In this document: piece by piece, positions 22,514 through 31,609 of the stretch
Layout: each line of letters starts with the position of its first letter
How positions within the stretch are numbered: the stretch's first letter is position 1
Source of the DNA: an uncultured Chloroflexia bacterium
GTDB lineage: Bacteria; Chloroflexota; Limnocylindria; Limnocylindrales; CSP1-4
Direction: 5' to 3'
Length of the DNA: 64,000 nt
Assembly (NCBI GenBank): GCA_963741085.1
Contig: CAVUGM010000006.1
Coordinates: 163,158-227,157 of the forward strand
Position numbers and translations under genes: made by a program
Notes under the pieces: model-generated
Database searches by the model: none
The model's input: only the letters and a program-made list of their open reading frames with translations
What the model was told of the DNA's origin: nothing

Positions 22514-23095
22514 ATGCCCAGGAAGGTCGTCGCCAGCCTCTACGTGACGCTCGATGGCTTCATCGACGAGCCGGGGCTCTGGTCGTTCCCATTCTGGTCC
22601 GACGAAGCCGGCCAGTTCAAGGCGCGCGAGCTGTCCGCCACCGAGGCGTTGCTGCTCGGACGGATCACCTACGAGGGCTTCGCGCGGGCATGGCCGTCGA
22701 TGGAGGAGGAGACAGGCGAGTTCGGCAGGAAGATGAACTCGATGCCGAAGCACGTGGCGTCGCGGACGCTGACCGAAATGACCTGGAACGCCAGGCTCAT
22801 CGAAGGCGACGTCGCGGAGGCGGTCCGCCGGCTCAAGGCGCCCGATGGCGGCGACCTGCTCATCGCCGGCAGCGGCCAGCTGGTCGACTACCTCACCGCG
22901 CACGACCTCGTCGACGAGTACCGGCTCATGGTCCACCCCATCGTGCTCGGCGACGGGACGAAACGGCTCTTTGCCGGCGCGCCGAGGCGCACGCTCACCC
23001 TCACCGACACGCTCGCCCTCCCCAACGGTGTCGTGGTCAACACGTACCGGCCGGCGGACGCCTCGGGCCCCCGGAACTCGGCCGTTGTCGAATGA
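22514..23095 (+). CDS. Dihydrofolate reductase family protein (RibD C-terminal domain type)
   Basis: Contains VASLYVTLDGFID, LLLGRITYEGFA, LLIAGSGQLV and DEYRLMVHPIVLGDG, the canonical RibD_C/YwjB-like pattern. Confidence 0.85.
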   Translation: MPRKVVASLYVTLDGFIDEPGLWSFPFWSDEAGQFKARELSATEALLLGRITYEGFARAWPSMEEETGEFGRKMNSMPKHVASRTLTEMTWNARLIEGDVAEAVRRLKAPDGGDLLIAGSGQLVDYLTAHDLVDEYRLMVHPIVLGDGTKRLFAGAPRRTLTLTDTLALPNGVVVNTYRPADASGPRNSAVVE

Positions 23096-23384
23096 CGTCG
23101 CCGTATCGCCACCACTATCACGTATCGCGTCATGCACTGAACCTTTGATCAGTGGGGGCTCCCCGAGAGGACACGGAAATGAGCGCACCGGCCCGAGCCG
23201 GCGACCCGCGTGGGTTGTTGGACCCCGACTTCACCGCCGTCCTTCAGCGCAGCCCGGCACCTGTGCGGGTTGCCTGACCGGCTCGCGCCCGAAGCGAACG
23301 GAATGCAGGGCCCGGCGGCGACGTCGTGGGCTCGGTCAGCTCCGAACGGGCGGCCTTCGCCCGCTCGCCCGCCACTCGCCGCCG

Positions 23385-24056
23385 CTACCGATGTGCAACC
23401 GTGCCGCCGACCCCGGTCCCGAACTGGCGGTCACCGGCGTCACCGAGTCCCGGCAGGATGTAGCCCTTCTCGTTGAGGCCCCGGTCGAGCGCCGCGCAGT
23501 GGATCGTCACGTCCGGGTGGGCCGCGCTCACCGCCGCCACGCCCTCGGGCGCCGCGATCAGGTTGATGAGCTTGATGCGGCTCGCGCCCCAGCGCTTCAG
23601 GACGTCGATCGCCGCGCTGGCAGAGCCGCCGGTCGCCAGCATCGGGTCGAGGATCAGGCACAGGTCCACGGTCGCGGAGTCGGGAAGCTTGTTGTAGTAC
23701 TCGACCGGGCGCAGGGTGCGCTCGTCGCGGAAGAGGCCCAGGTGCCAGACCTGGGCGGTCGGCATCAGCTCCAGCATGGCGTCCACCATCCCGAGGCCGG
23801 CCCGCAGGATCGGCACGAGACCGATCCGATCGCCAAGCTCGTGGGCGTCCACCTCCTCGAGCGGCGTCCAGACGCGGATGGGCCGCAGACGCGCGTCCGC
23901 CAGGGCTTCGTACCCGAGCAGCCACGAGAGCTCGCGGACGACTTCCCGGAACTTCTTCGGCTCGGTCTTCTCGTCGCGCAGGATGGCGAGCTTGTGGAGC
24001 ACTGCAGGATGTCGTGAGACATGCAGGGCGGGCGGGACGGGGTTCGTGTCGGACAC
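23385..24056 (-). CDS. upp: Uracil phosphoribosyltransferase
   Basis: Contains [37 protein letters not shown] (PRPP loop) and [13 protein letters not shown]. The gene is intact. Confidence 0.95.
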   Translation of the reverse strand: MSDTNPVPPALHVSRHPAVLHKLAILRDEKTEPKKFREVVRELSWLLGYEALADARLRPIRVWTPLEEVDAHELGDRIGLVPILRAGLGMVDAMLELMPTAQVWHLGLFRDERTLRPVEYYNKLPDSATVDLCLILDPMLATGGSASAAIDVLKRWGASRIKLINLIAAPEGVAAVSAAHPDVTIHCAALDRGLNEKGYILPGLGDAGDRQFGTGVGGTVAHR

Positions 24057-24295
24057 GGGCGCGCACCTCGGGCGTGGACCGGGCGGTCGGCGCGGCCGGC
24101 GCCCCGGGACGGGGACCCGACCGGGCCGATCCTAGCACCGCGCGGCTGCGGGAGAAGCGCGTGCGGGACGTAAAGGTCGGCACCGACCCGCGGCGCCCGC
24201 GGCCCGCGGATCTGCAGCCTGCGGCCGGCGGCACGGTGCGGCCCTGCGGCGGAGGGACGCTCGACCGGCTTCCGCGGCGGTATCCTCGACGGAGC

Positions 24296-25426
24296 ATGCC
24301 ACCCACCCGCCGCCCGCCGAGCGCCCACACGCCCACCAGCCCGCGCGGTTCGCGCAAGGCGCCGCCGATCCTTGCCCGGCAGGTCCGCGGCGCCGTCGTC
24401 GAGAGTGTCCACCGGGGCCACGTCGTCCGGGTTGACGCCGCCGGCCGGGTCACGCATGTCGCCGGCGACGCGGAGGTCGAGGTCACGCTCCGCTCGAGCG
24501 TCAAGCCGTTCGCGTTGCTGGCGCTCGCGGAGGCGGGCGGCTTCCGTGACTTCGGGCTCACCACCGCCGAGATCGCGCTGATGTCCAGCTCTCACTCGGG
24601 CGAGGATCTGCACGTCCGCACGCTGCAGGGCATCTTCCGTCGCTCTGGCCTTACGCAAGGGCTCCTGGCCTGCGGCACCGCGGGCGCCCCGCTCGACGAT
24701 CTGACGGCGGCGCGCCTGGCGCGGGACGGGGAGAGGGCCGGCCCGATCCGCCACATGTGCTCGGGATACCACGCGGGCATGCTCCTTCTCGCCCGCATGG
24801 GCGACTGGTCCCTCGAGGACTACTGGAGCCCGGCCCATCCCGCGCAGGTGGCCGTCCGATCTGCCGTTGCGCGGGCGTTCGGGACGACTTCGGAGCGCCT
24901 CCGCACGGCCGTCGACGGCTGCGGCGTCGAGACGTTTGCCTTCCCGCTCGCGGCCGTCGCCCGGGCCTTTGCCCTTCTGGCCGATCCGGAAGCGACCGCC
25001 GCCGACGATCCCCGACGCGAGCTCGCCCCCCACCTGCGGATCATTCGCGACGCGATGGTGGCCCATCCGGAGATGGTGGCCGGCACCCGGGAGCGGCTCG
25101 ACACGTCGCTCATGAAGGCGCTGCCGGGCCGCATCCTGGTGAAGGGAGCCGCCGAAGGGCTGCGGGGCATGGCGATCCTCCCGGACCGGGCGGCGGGGAC
25201 CCCAGCTTCCGCGCTGGCGATCAAGGTCGAGGACGGGGGTGGTCTCGACCGGGCAACGTGGGCGACCTCGGTCGAAGCCCTGCGCATGGCCGGGGTCCTC
25301 GCCGGGCAGGCGCTTCGCGTCGTTGGCCGGTACCATCGACCGGTCGAGCTCGACCCGCACGGTCGGATCGCCGCGGAGACGATCGCGGAGTTCGATCTCG
25401 TGCCAGTCGGTGAGCTCATCGGCTGA
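24296..25426 (+). CDS. Asparaginase (L-asparaginase II / Rhizobium-type family)
   Basis: Contains RSSVKPFALLAL, LMSSSHSGE, HMCSGYHAGMLLLAR, AVDGCGV and LVKGAAEGL, a pattern typical of this asparaginase family. Confidence 0.8.
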   Translation: MPPTRRPPSAHTPTSPRGSRKAPPILARQVRGAVVESVHRGHVVRVDAAGRVTHVAGDAEVEVTLRSSVKPFALLALAEAGGFRDFGLTTAEIALMSSSHSGEDLHVRTLQGIFRRSGLTQGLLACGTAGAPLDDLTAARLARDGERAGPIRHMCSGYHAGMLLLARMGDWSLEDYWSPAHPAQVAVRSAVARAFGTTSERLRTAVDGCGVETFAFPLAAVARAFALLADPEATAADDPRRELAPHLRIIRDAMVAHPEMVAGTRERLDTSLMKALPGRILVKGAAEGLRGMAILPDRAAGTPASALAIKVEDGGGLDRATWATSVEALRMAGVLAGQALRVVGRYHRPVELDPHGRIAAETIAEFDLVPVGELIG

Positions 25427-25535
25427 GATCCCGCTCCGGCGGAGTGACGCACGCCCGCGGGGCGCCCTCGGCCGAACATGGGTGGGCGCGGGTGCGCCCG
25501 GGACGGGGGCGTCGGGCCAGGTGGGAACAAGGCGC

Positions 25536-26876
25536 ATGGAACCGCATCGCGTTCTCGGCGTCCCCGTCGGCGCCTCCGAGGAAGAGATCAAGCGCGCCTA
25601 TCGCGCCCTCGCCAAGCGTTTCCACCCCGACGCGCGGCAGGGCTCGGTGGCACGCTTCCTGGAGGTCCAGGACGCGTACGAGGCCCTGGTCGCCGCTGGC
25701 CCCCGACGGACCGGCGAGCCGCAAGCCCCCCGCGACGAGCGTCCGTCGCGGCGTCCGGCTCAGCCTGGAAGCCGACCTCGCGAGGGCAGCGATCCTCGTG
25801 GTGCGGGGGCCGGCGGCACGCAGGCAGGTGCCTGGGCTCGACGCCCGCGTGCAACCGGTGCACGCCGGTCCGAGGGGCCCGCAACAGGCAAGGAGGAGTC
25901 CGCCAGCCGCAGGAGCGAGGCCGGGCCACAAGGCGCCGGCGACCCTGAGGGCCGGCACGGGCCGGATCCGGCGCCTCGCGGGCGCCGGACGGCGGGCCGC
26001 CGCCGTGCGACCCTGGGCTCCACCTCGTACGACGAGGCCGAGGAGGTCTTCGAGCCCGGCTGGGCTGGAGCGAGCTGGTACGGCCCCTCGTCCGGAACGT
26101 ACTGGACGGTGAATCCGAAGGAGTACGCGGACCCGCGAAAGCACGGTCCGGAGTACCAGGCCCGCGCCCGGGGCCGGTCCGCCCGCTCGGCGCGCAGCGC
26201 GGGGGCCAGCGAACAGGGAACGGAGGCCGGCAAACGGGGACCGATCGCCGACGAGCCGGGTCGAGCCGAAAGCGAGCAAGGTCGGGCGGACAGCCAGCAG
26301 GGCCCGGTCCCGTACCCGCCCGACGCCGGGGCACCGCGCCCCACGGCCGCAGCACCGAGCGCCGACGCCGGGGCACCGCGCCCCGCGGCCACGGCACCGA
26401 GCCCAGACGCCGGGGCACCACGCCCCGACGCTTCGGGGCCACGCCAGCAGGCTCGGGCACCACGACCCGGCACCGCGCGCCGGCGACCGTCCGCCGACGT
26501 GCTCGTGGAGGATCGCCCGGGTCTCTCGGCCCGGCTCGTGATGGCCCTCCTCGGTTGGGCAGTGCCCGGCCTCGCCGTGGCGGCCGTCGCCGGCCTGCCG
26601 GGCGGTCTCGTCGCCACGCTTCCGCTCCAGGTTGCCGGCGTGGCCGTGCTGGTGGCCGCTCCGCAGGTTGCCTGGGCAACGGTCGTGGGTGGGCTCGTCC
26701 TCGGGATCACCGCTGTTCCGATCGTGGCACTCGTCTCGGCGCTGGGCGGGCCGCTCGCTCCGGGCCAGCCAGCCTCGCCGGTGGCCGTTGGGCTGGCGGT
26801 GACCGCGTGGACGGCCGGCGTGCTGCTCGCCGTGTCCGGGCGTCTTGCTCCGTATCCCTGGTTGAAGGCGCCCTGA
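25536..26876 (+). CDS. J-domain protein with long disordered linker and C-terminal multi-TM domain
   Basis: The N-terminal J domain is HRVLGVPVGASEEEIKRAYRALAKRFHPDA (HPD motif). About 250 aa of low-complexity R/P/G/A/E follow, including three 14-aa repeats, then about 4 hydrophobic helices (LVMALLGWAVPGLAVAAVAGL and others). Confidence 0.8.
   Translation: MEPHRVLGVPVGASEEEIKRAYRALAKRFHPDARQGSVARFLEVQDAYEALVAAGPRRTGEPQAPRDERPSRRPAQPGSRPREGSDPRGAGAGGTQAGAWARRPRATGARRSEGPATGKEESASRRSEAGPQGAGDPEGRHGPDPAPRGRRTAGRRRATLGSTSYDEAEEVFEPGWAGASWYGPSSGTYWTVNPKEYADPRKHGPEYQARARGRSARSARSAGASEQGTEAGKRGPIADEPGRAESEQGRADSQQGPVPYPPDAGAPRPTAAAPSADAGAPRPAATAPSPDAGAPRPDASGPRQQARAPRPGTARRRPSADVLVEDRPGLSARLVMALLGWAVPGLAVAAVAGLPGGLVATLPLQVAGVAVLVAAPQVAWATVVGGLVLGITAVPIVALVSALGGPLAPGQPASPVAVGLAVTAWTAGVLLAVSGRLAPYPWLKAP
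26322..26447 (+). repeat. In-frame 42-bp tandem repeat x3 inside the J-domain gene
   Basis: Units start at 26322, 26364 and 26406 (gacgccggggcaccgcgcccc...). They encode DAGAPRPTAAAPSA / DAGAPRPAATAPSP / DAGAPRPDASGPRQ; the third copy diverges in its second half. Confidence 0.85.
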
Positions 26877-26936
26877 CGCCCCGGTCGCCCCTGCAACCAC
26901 CCGCCGCGGCGGGGTCGCGCGCGGTACGATCCGGGG

Positions 26937-27686
26937 GTGACGCGCCGCGCACCCTCCGATCTGTCGAGCGCCGCCCAGGAATACCTCCTTGCCCTGCGCG
27001 TTGCCGCCGGCGACGGCTGCCGCGTCACGACGGCGCACGTCGCCCGCCAGGTGGGAGTCACCACCCAGGCCGCGAGCGAGATGGTGCGCCGCCTCGCCGC
27101 CGACGGTCTCGTTGCCCTCGGCGAGGGCCGGGAGCTGATCCTGACGCCCGCCGGCCGGGCCGCGGCCGACGCGATCTTCCGACGCCACGCACTGCTCGAG
27201 TGGCTGCTCACCGCGGTGGTCGGCCTCGGTTGGGCTGAGTCCGACGTCGAGGCGGCCCGCCTGCAAGGCGCGATCTCGCCGCGCGTCGAAGCTCGTCTCG
27301 ACGAGATGCTCGGGCACCCCGAGACGTGCCCCCACGGCAACCCGATCGATCTCGCGGCGGCGGAACGGCGCCCGGCCGGGATCCCGCTTGCCGGCCTGGA
27401 GGCGGGGGAGCGGGCGACGATCTACCGGATCACGGAGGCCGCGGAGGAGGACCCGGCTCTCCTCTCGTACATCGAGGCGCGGGGCCTGACGCCGGGCGCG
27501 CACGTCACGATCCTCTCGCGATCGGCGTCGCTCGACGCGGTCACGCTCGAGGGCCCGATCGGGAGGGCCACGCTCGGACTGCGGCCGGCCGGCCTGGTCC
27601 ACGTCCTCCGCGGAGAGGCCGATGCGGCGCTCTTCCATCGCGTCCCGGAGGACGTGCGCCGGCCCCAGGACGTGCGCCGGCCCTGA
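26937..27686 (+). CDS. DtxR/IdeR-family transcriptional regulator with FeoA/SH3-like C-terminal domain
   Basis: Contains a winged HTH (VARQVGVTTQAASEMVRRLAADGLV), the dimerisation helix RRHALLEWLL and PHGNPI. The C-terminal ATIYRITEAAEEDPALLSYIEARGLTPGAHV is FeoA-like. GTG start. Confidence 0.85.
   Translation: MTRRAPSDLSSAAQEYLLALRVAAGDGCRVTTAHVARQVGVTTQAASEMVRRLAADGLVALGEGRELILTPAGRAAADAIFRRHALLEWLLTAVVGLGWAESDVEAARLQGAISPRVEARLDEMLGHPETCPHGNPIDLAAAERRPAGIPLAGLEAGERATIYRITEAAEEDPALLSYIEARGLTPGAHVTILSRSASLDAVTLEGPIGRATLGLRPAGLVHVLRGEADAALFHRVPEDVRRPQDVRRP
27648..27683 (+). repeat. 18-bp direct duplication at the 3' end of the DtxR-family gene
   Basis: gaggacgtgcgccggccc / caggacgtgcgccggccc encode EDVRRP-QDVRRP immediately before the stop. 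Confidence 0.8.
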
Positions 27687-27707
27687 GGGCGACCCTACAA
27701 TCGGCGG

Positions 27708-29207
27708 ATGACCGCCGCCCGCGTCCGGATCGCGCCCAGCCCAACCGGCCCGCTCCACATCGGGACGGCCCGCACCGCCCTGTTCAACTTCCTTTACGCG
27801 CGGCACGTCGGCGGGACGTTCATCCTGCGCCTCGAGGACACCGACCAGGCTCGCTCGACAGCGGCCTTCGAGCGCGACATCCTGGAGCACCTCCACTGGC
27901 TCGGCCTCGAGTGGGACGAGGGTCCGGCTGCCGGCGGGCTCGAGGAGCGGGGCGACTTCGGGCCGTACCGCCAGATGGCGCGCCTGCCGCTCTACGCGGA
28001 GGCCGCGCGAAGCCTGCTCGACCGCGACCTCGCGTATCCCTGCTACTGCGCGCCGGACGAGCTCGAGGCCGACCGGCGGGCCCAGGAGGCGGCCAGGGAG
28101 GCGCCCCGCTACGTCGGGCGTTGCGCCTCGCTCACGGCCGCCGAGCGAGCAGCCCGCGCCGCCGAGGGTCGCCGGCCCGCGCTCCGCTTCCGCGTCGAGC
28201 CCGGCGTCGTGGCCTTCGACGACCTCGTCCGCGGCCACGTCGAGATCGACGCCGGGGCCCTCGGCGGCGACCTGGTGATCCTCCGGGCCGACGGGACGCC
28301 GCTCTACCACTTCACCGTCGTCGTGGACGATGCGGAGATGGGGATCACCCACGTCATCCGCGGAGAGGACCACCTCTCGAACACGCCCAAGCACATCCTC
28401 CTGTTCCGGGCGCTCGGTCACCCGGAGCCCGTCTTCGCCCACCTGCCACTCATCCTCAACGCCGACCGGACGAAGATGAGCAAGCGCAAGAGCCAGACCG
28501 CGGTGAAGGACTACATCGCACAGGGATTCGTCCGCGAGGCGTTCGTCAACTACCTCGCCTTTCTCGGCTGGTCGCCGGGGACCGAGGAGGACGTCCTCTC
28601 GCTCGAGGAGATCGCCGGGCGCTTCGACCTGGCCGATGTGCAGAAGGGCGGGGCGATCTTCGACCGCGCTCGCTTCGAGTGGCTCAACGGCCAGTGGATC
28701 CGGCGCCTCGCCGACGACGACCTGGTGGAGCGGCTCGCCCCGTTCCTCGAGGCCGCGTGGGCCGCGGGGCGGATCGACCGGAACCCCGAGAGCGCGGAGA
28801 TCGCTGCCCTCCTGCCGCTCGTGCGCGACCGGCTCCCGGTCCTCGGAGCCATCGGCGGCGTCGCCGGGTTCCTGTTCACCGACGTCGTGGAGCTGGACCC
28901 GGCGCTGCTGGTCCCCAAGCGCTGGGATCGCGACACCGCTCTGGCGGGACTCGCCGCCGCGAGCCGGGCGGTCGAGGCGGCCGGGGCGGAGGGCTTCACG
29001 GCCGAACGCCTCGAGGTGGCCCTGCGTGCCGTTGCCGAGGCGAACGGCTGGAAGGCCGGCGACCTCTTCATGGCGATCCGGGTCGCGCTCACTGGCTTGA
29101 CTGCCACCCCGCCCCTGTTCGAGTCGATGGTCGCCCTGGGGCGGGAGCGGACGCGGGAGCGGCTCGACCGGGCGGCGAGCGCGTTGGAGGCTGAGGCGCC
29201 GGCCTGA
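27708..29207 (+). CDS. gltX: Glutamate--tRNA ligase
   Basis: Contains RIAPSPTGPLHIGTARTALFN (HIGH), LRLEDTD and KMSKRK (KMSKS). The gene is intact and 499 aa long. Confidence 0.95.
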   Translation: MTAARVRIAPSPTGPLHIGTARTALFNFLYARHVGGTFILRLEDTDQARSTAAFERDILEHLHWLGLEWDEGPAAGGLEERGDFGPYRQMARLPLYAEAARSLLDRDLAYPCYCAPDELEADRRAQEAAREAPRYVGRCASLTAAERAARAAEGRRPALRFRVEPGVVAFDDLVRGHVEIDAGALGGDLVILRADGTPLYHFTVVVDDAEMGITHVIRGEDHLSNTPKHILLFRALGHPEPVFAHLPLILNADRTKMSKRKSQTAVKDYIAQGFVREAFVNYLAFLGWSPGTEEDVLSLEEIAGRFDLADVQKGGAIFDRARFEWLNGQWIRRLADDDLVERLAPFLEAAWAAGRIDRNPESAEIAALLPLVRDRLPVLGAIGGVAGFLFTDVVELDPALLVPKRWDRDTALAGLAAASRAVEAAGAEGFTAERLEVALRAVAEANGWKAGDLFMAIRVALTGLTATPPLFESMVALGRERTRERLDRAASALEAEAPA

Positions 29208-29249
29208 GCGCCCGGCACGCAGGCCGGCAACGTGATCGGAGGTGGGTTC

Positions 29250-29642
29250 ATGACGCGCGATGGGGTCCAGGCCTGGCTCGAACGTTACGTGGCGGCCTGG
29301 GAGAGCTACGACCCGGCCGCGATCGGTGACTTGTTCAGCGAGCATGCGGAGTACCGCTACCACCCGTCCGACGCGCCGGTCGTCGGCCGTGCGGCCATCG
29401 TGTCCTCCTGGGTGACGTCGGAGCCGCCGCCCAGCGGGCGCGACGCACCTGGCACCTACGCGGCCCACTACGAGCCCTTCGCGGTCGAGGGCAGCGTCGC
29501 CGTCGCGGTCGGCTGGAGCCGCTACTGGACTGATGCATCCCGGGCGACCGAGGAGGCCACGTTCGACAACTGCTTCCTGCTCGAGTTCGACGAGGACGGC
29601 CGCTGTCGCTCCTTCACCGAGTTCTTCCGCCAGAGGGGGTGA
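29250..29642 (+). CDS. NTF2-like / SnoaL-like domain protein
   Basis: Contains VQAWLERYVAAWESYDPAAIGDLFSEHAEYRYHP, about 130 aa. GGAGGTG SD lies upstream of ATG 29250. Confidence 0.7.
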   Translation: MTRDGVQAWLERYVAAWESYDPAAIGDLFSEHAEYRYHPSDAPVVGRAAIVSSWVTSEPPPSGRDAPGTYAAHYEPFAVEGSVAVAVGWSRYWTDASRATEEATFDNCFLLEFDEDGRCRSFTEFFRQRG

Positions 29643-29700
29643 GGGCACAGCCCGCCCCGCCGGGCACTTCCCCGTTCGCGGCCGTGTCGCGCCGCCGTCC

Positions 29701-29734
29701 CGTTAACAATCTGTCTACGCGCCGATAACCCCTT
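29701..29734 (+). promoter_or_regulatory. Three 11-nt-phased hexamers (GTTAAC / GTCTAC / GATAAC): candidate Pho-box-like site upstream of the response regulator
   Basis: cGTTAACaatctGTCTACgcgccGATAACccctt; the hexamers start at 29702, 29713 and 29724. The first 11-mer, CGTTAACAATC, recurs upstream of pstS. Confidence 0.4.
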
Positions 29735-29745
29735 CGCCTATCCTG

Positions 29746-30441
29746 ATGTCGATGGCCCGCCTGATCCTCGTCGTCGACGACGAGCCGACCCTGCGCGAGA
29801 CGCTTGCCGAGGCGCTCGAGGCGGACGGCTTCCGCGTGGTCACCGCCGCCGACGGGCGCGAGGCCCTGCTCCGGTTCCGGGAGCACCGGCCGGAGCTGGT
29901 CGTGCTGGACCTCATGCTTCCCGAGCTGTCGGGCGTCGAGGTCTGCCGGATCATCCGCGCAGAGTCCGGGGTGCCGATCCTGATGCTCACCGCCAAGAGC
30001 TCCGAGATCGACAAGGTGATCGGCCTTGAGCTCGGAGCGGACGACTACGTGACCAAGCCGTTCAGTCTCCGCGAGCTGATCGCCCGAATCCATGCCCTCC
30101 TGCGCCGCACGGAGCAGTCGGTCGCCGACGGGCCCGCGACGGTCGGGCTCGGCGACCTGACGGTGGACCTTGCCGGCCACCGCGTCCTCCGCGACGGCGC
30201 GCAGGTTCCGCTGAAGCCGAAGGTGTTCGAGCTCCTGGCCTTCCTGCTGCGCCACCCGGGCCAGGTCTTCAGCCGCGAGCAGCTCCTCGAGCAGGTGTGG
30301 GGGTACGACTACGCCGGGGAGACGCGCACCGTGGACGTTCACGTCCATTGGCTGCGCTCCGCGATCGAGCCGGACCCAGCCACCCCGACTCTGATCCAGA
30401 CCGTGCGTGGCGTCGGCTACGTGTTCCGCCGGGCGGCCTGA
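29746..30441 (+). CDS. OmpR-family response regulator, RegX3/PhoP-like
   Basis: The receiver has VVDDE and VVLDLMLPELSG. The stretch SEIDKVIGLELGADDYVTKPFSLRELIARIHALLRR closely matches my recollection of mycobacterial RegX3. The winged-helix C-terminus is TVRGVGYVF. There is no adjacent kinase. Confidence 0.9.
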   Translation: MSMARLILVVDDEPTLRETLAEALEADGFRVVTAADGREALLRFREHRPELVVLDLMLPELSGVEVCRIIRAESGVPILMLTAKSSEIDKVIGLELGADDYVTKPFSLRELIARIHALLRRTEQSVADGPATVGLGDLTVDLAGHRVLRDGAQVPLKPKVFELLAFLLRHPGQVFSREQLLEQVWGYDYAGETRTVDVHVHWLRSAIEPDPATPTLIQTVRGVGYVFRRAA

Positions 30442-30676
30442 CGGGCGGGACCCACCGGAGCCGTCAGCTCGGGCAGCGCGCCTCATCCGACAGGAGGTCG
30501 CGCGCGGCGGCATCGGTGGTGCTAGCCCCACCCTCAAGATGCCGGGTGCCCGGCTGGTGGGCGATCATCCCCTGCGATAGCGTCGTTCACGACACGAAGC
30601 AACTCCGGGGCTCGGTGGCCGGTTCGGGTTTCTCCAGCTTGGCCGGGCCCGGGCGGTCCTTCGAAAGGGGACACCG

Positions 30677-31609
30677 ATGCGACGCCTCTACGCGGTCATG
30701 GCCCTGGTCGCGATCCTCCTCTCCTTCTTCGCCCCGGCGGCATTCGCGGCCGGGCCGGAATCGCAGACCCGGAGCCTCATCCTCTCCGTCAACAGCAGCA
30801 TGGACGTCCCGCCCGACCAGCACGTCGATACGGTCGTCGTGGCTGGCGGCAGCGCCCGGATCGGCGGGGACGTGAACACGGTCGTCGTCCTCGGCGGCAG
30901 CGCGACGCTGGCGGGCGCGACGGCAGAAACAGTCGTGGTGGTGAACGGTAGCGCCGACCTGCAGGCCGGGACAACGGTCAGCGGGGACGTACGGACCCTT
31001 AACGGCACCGTGACGCAGCAGTCCGGCGCGATCGTGCGCGGTTCAACGAAGGCGCTCGACGGCGATCTGGCCGCCTTCGCGCTGCTGATGATCCCGATCT
31101 TCATCGTCCTGTTCCTGGGACTCGGCCTCGCCGCGATCGCGGCCGCGCTCTTCGTCGTGGCCTTCGGCACCCGCCAGGTCCGCGAGGTCGAGGCGCTCAT
31201 CGCGGGGCGCCCGGGTCACGTCCTCGTCGCCGGCATCATCGGCATGGTCGTGCTGCCGATCGTCGGGATCCTCCTCGTCGCCACGGTGATCGGCGCCCCG
31301 ATCGGGCTCGCCATCCTGTTCGGCCTGCTGCCCATCCTCGCCTTCCTCAGCTGGCTCGTCGCGGCGATCTGGATCGGCGAGTGGCTCGTCTCTGGGAGGC
31401 GCGGGTCCCGCGAGCGCGGTCGGCCCTACCTCGCCGCCGTGATCGGGGTCATCGTGCTCGCCCTGATCAGCGTGATCCCCTTCGTGACCGTGATTGCCAC
31501 CCTGTTCGGCTTCGGCGGCCTGCTCCTGACCGCCTGGCGGATCCTGCGCCCGGAGACACCGCCGGTGGACACCACCAGCGCGGCGCAGCCGGCGCCGAGC
31601 GCAAGCTGA
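30677..31609 (+). CDS. Secreted/membrane protein with a bactofilin-like beta-helical repeat ectodomain and about 4-5 TM helices
   Basis: Signal peptide MRRLYAVMALVAILLSFFAPAAFAAG, then short repeats (VVVAGGSARIGGDVNTVVVLGGSATLAGATAETVVVVNGSADLQAGTTVSGDV), then hydrophobic helices to the C-terminus. Confidence 0.65.
   Translation: MRRLYAVMALVAILLSFFAPAAFAAGPESQTRSLILSVNSSMDVPPDQHVDTVVVAGGSARIGGDVNTVVVLGGSATLAGATAETVVVVNGSADLQAGTTVSGDVRTLNGTVTQQSGAIVRGSTKALDGDLAAFALLMIPIFIVLFLGLGLAAIAAALFVVAFGTRQVREVEALIAGRPGHVLVAGIIGMVVLPIVGILLVATVIGAPIGLAILFGLLPILAFLSWLVAAIWIGEWLVSGRRGSRERGRPYLAAVIGVIVLALISVIPFVTVIATLFGFGGLLLTAWRILRPETPPVDTTSAAQPAPSAS

Noticed and set aside
25416-29648. A 1410-aa minus-strand ORF, the longest in the track.
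   Set aside because: It runs antisense through four well-supported plus-strand genes (J-domain, DtxR-family, gltX, SnoaL-like). It is Arg/Pro/Gly-rich with no recognisable motif. It is a classic shadow ORF of high-GC DNA.
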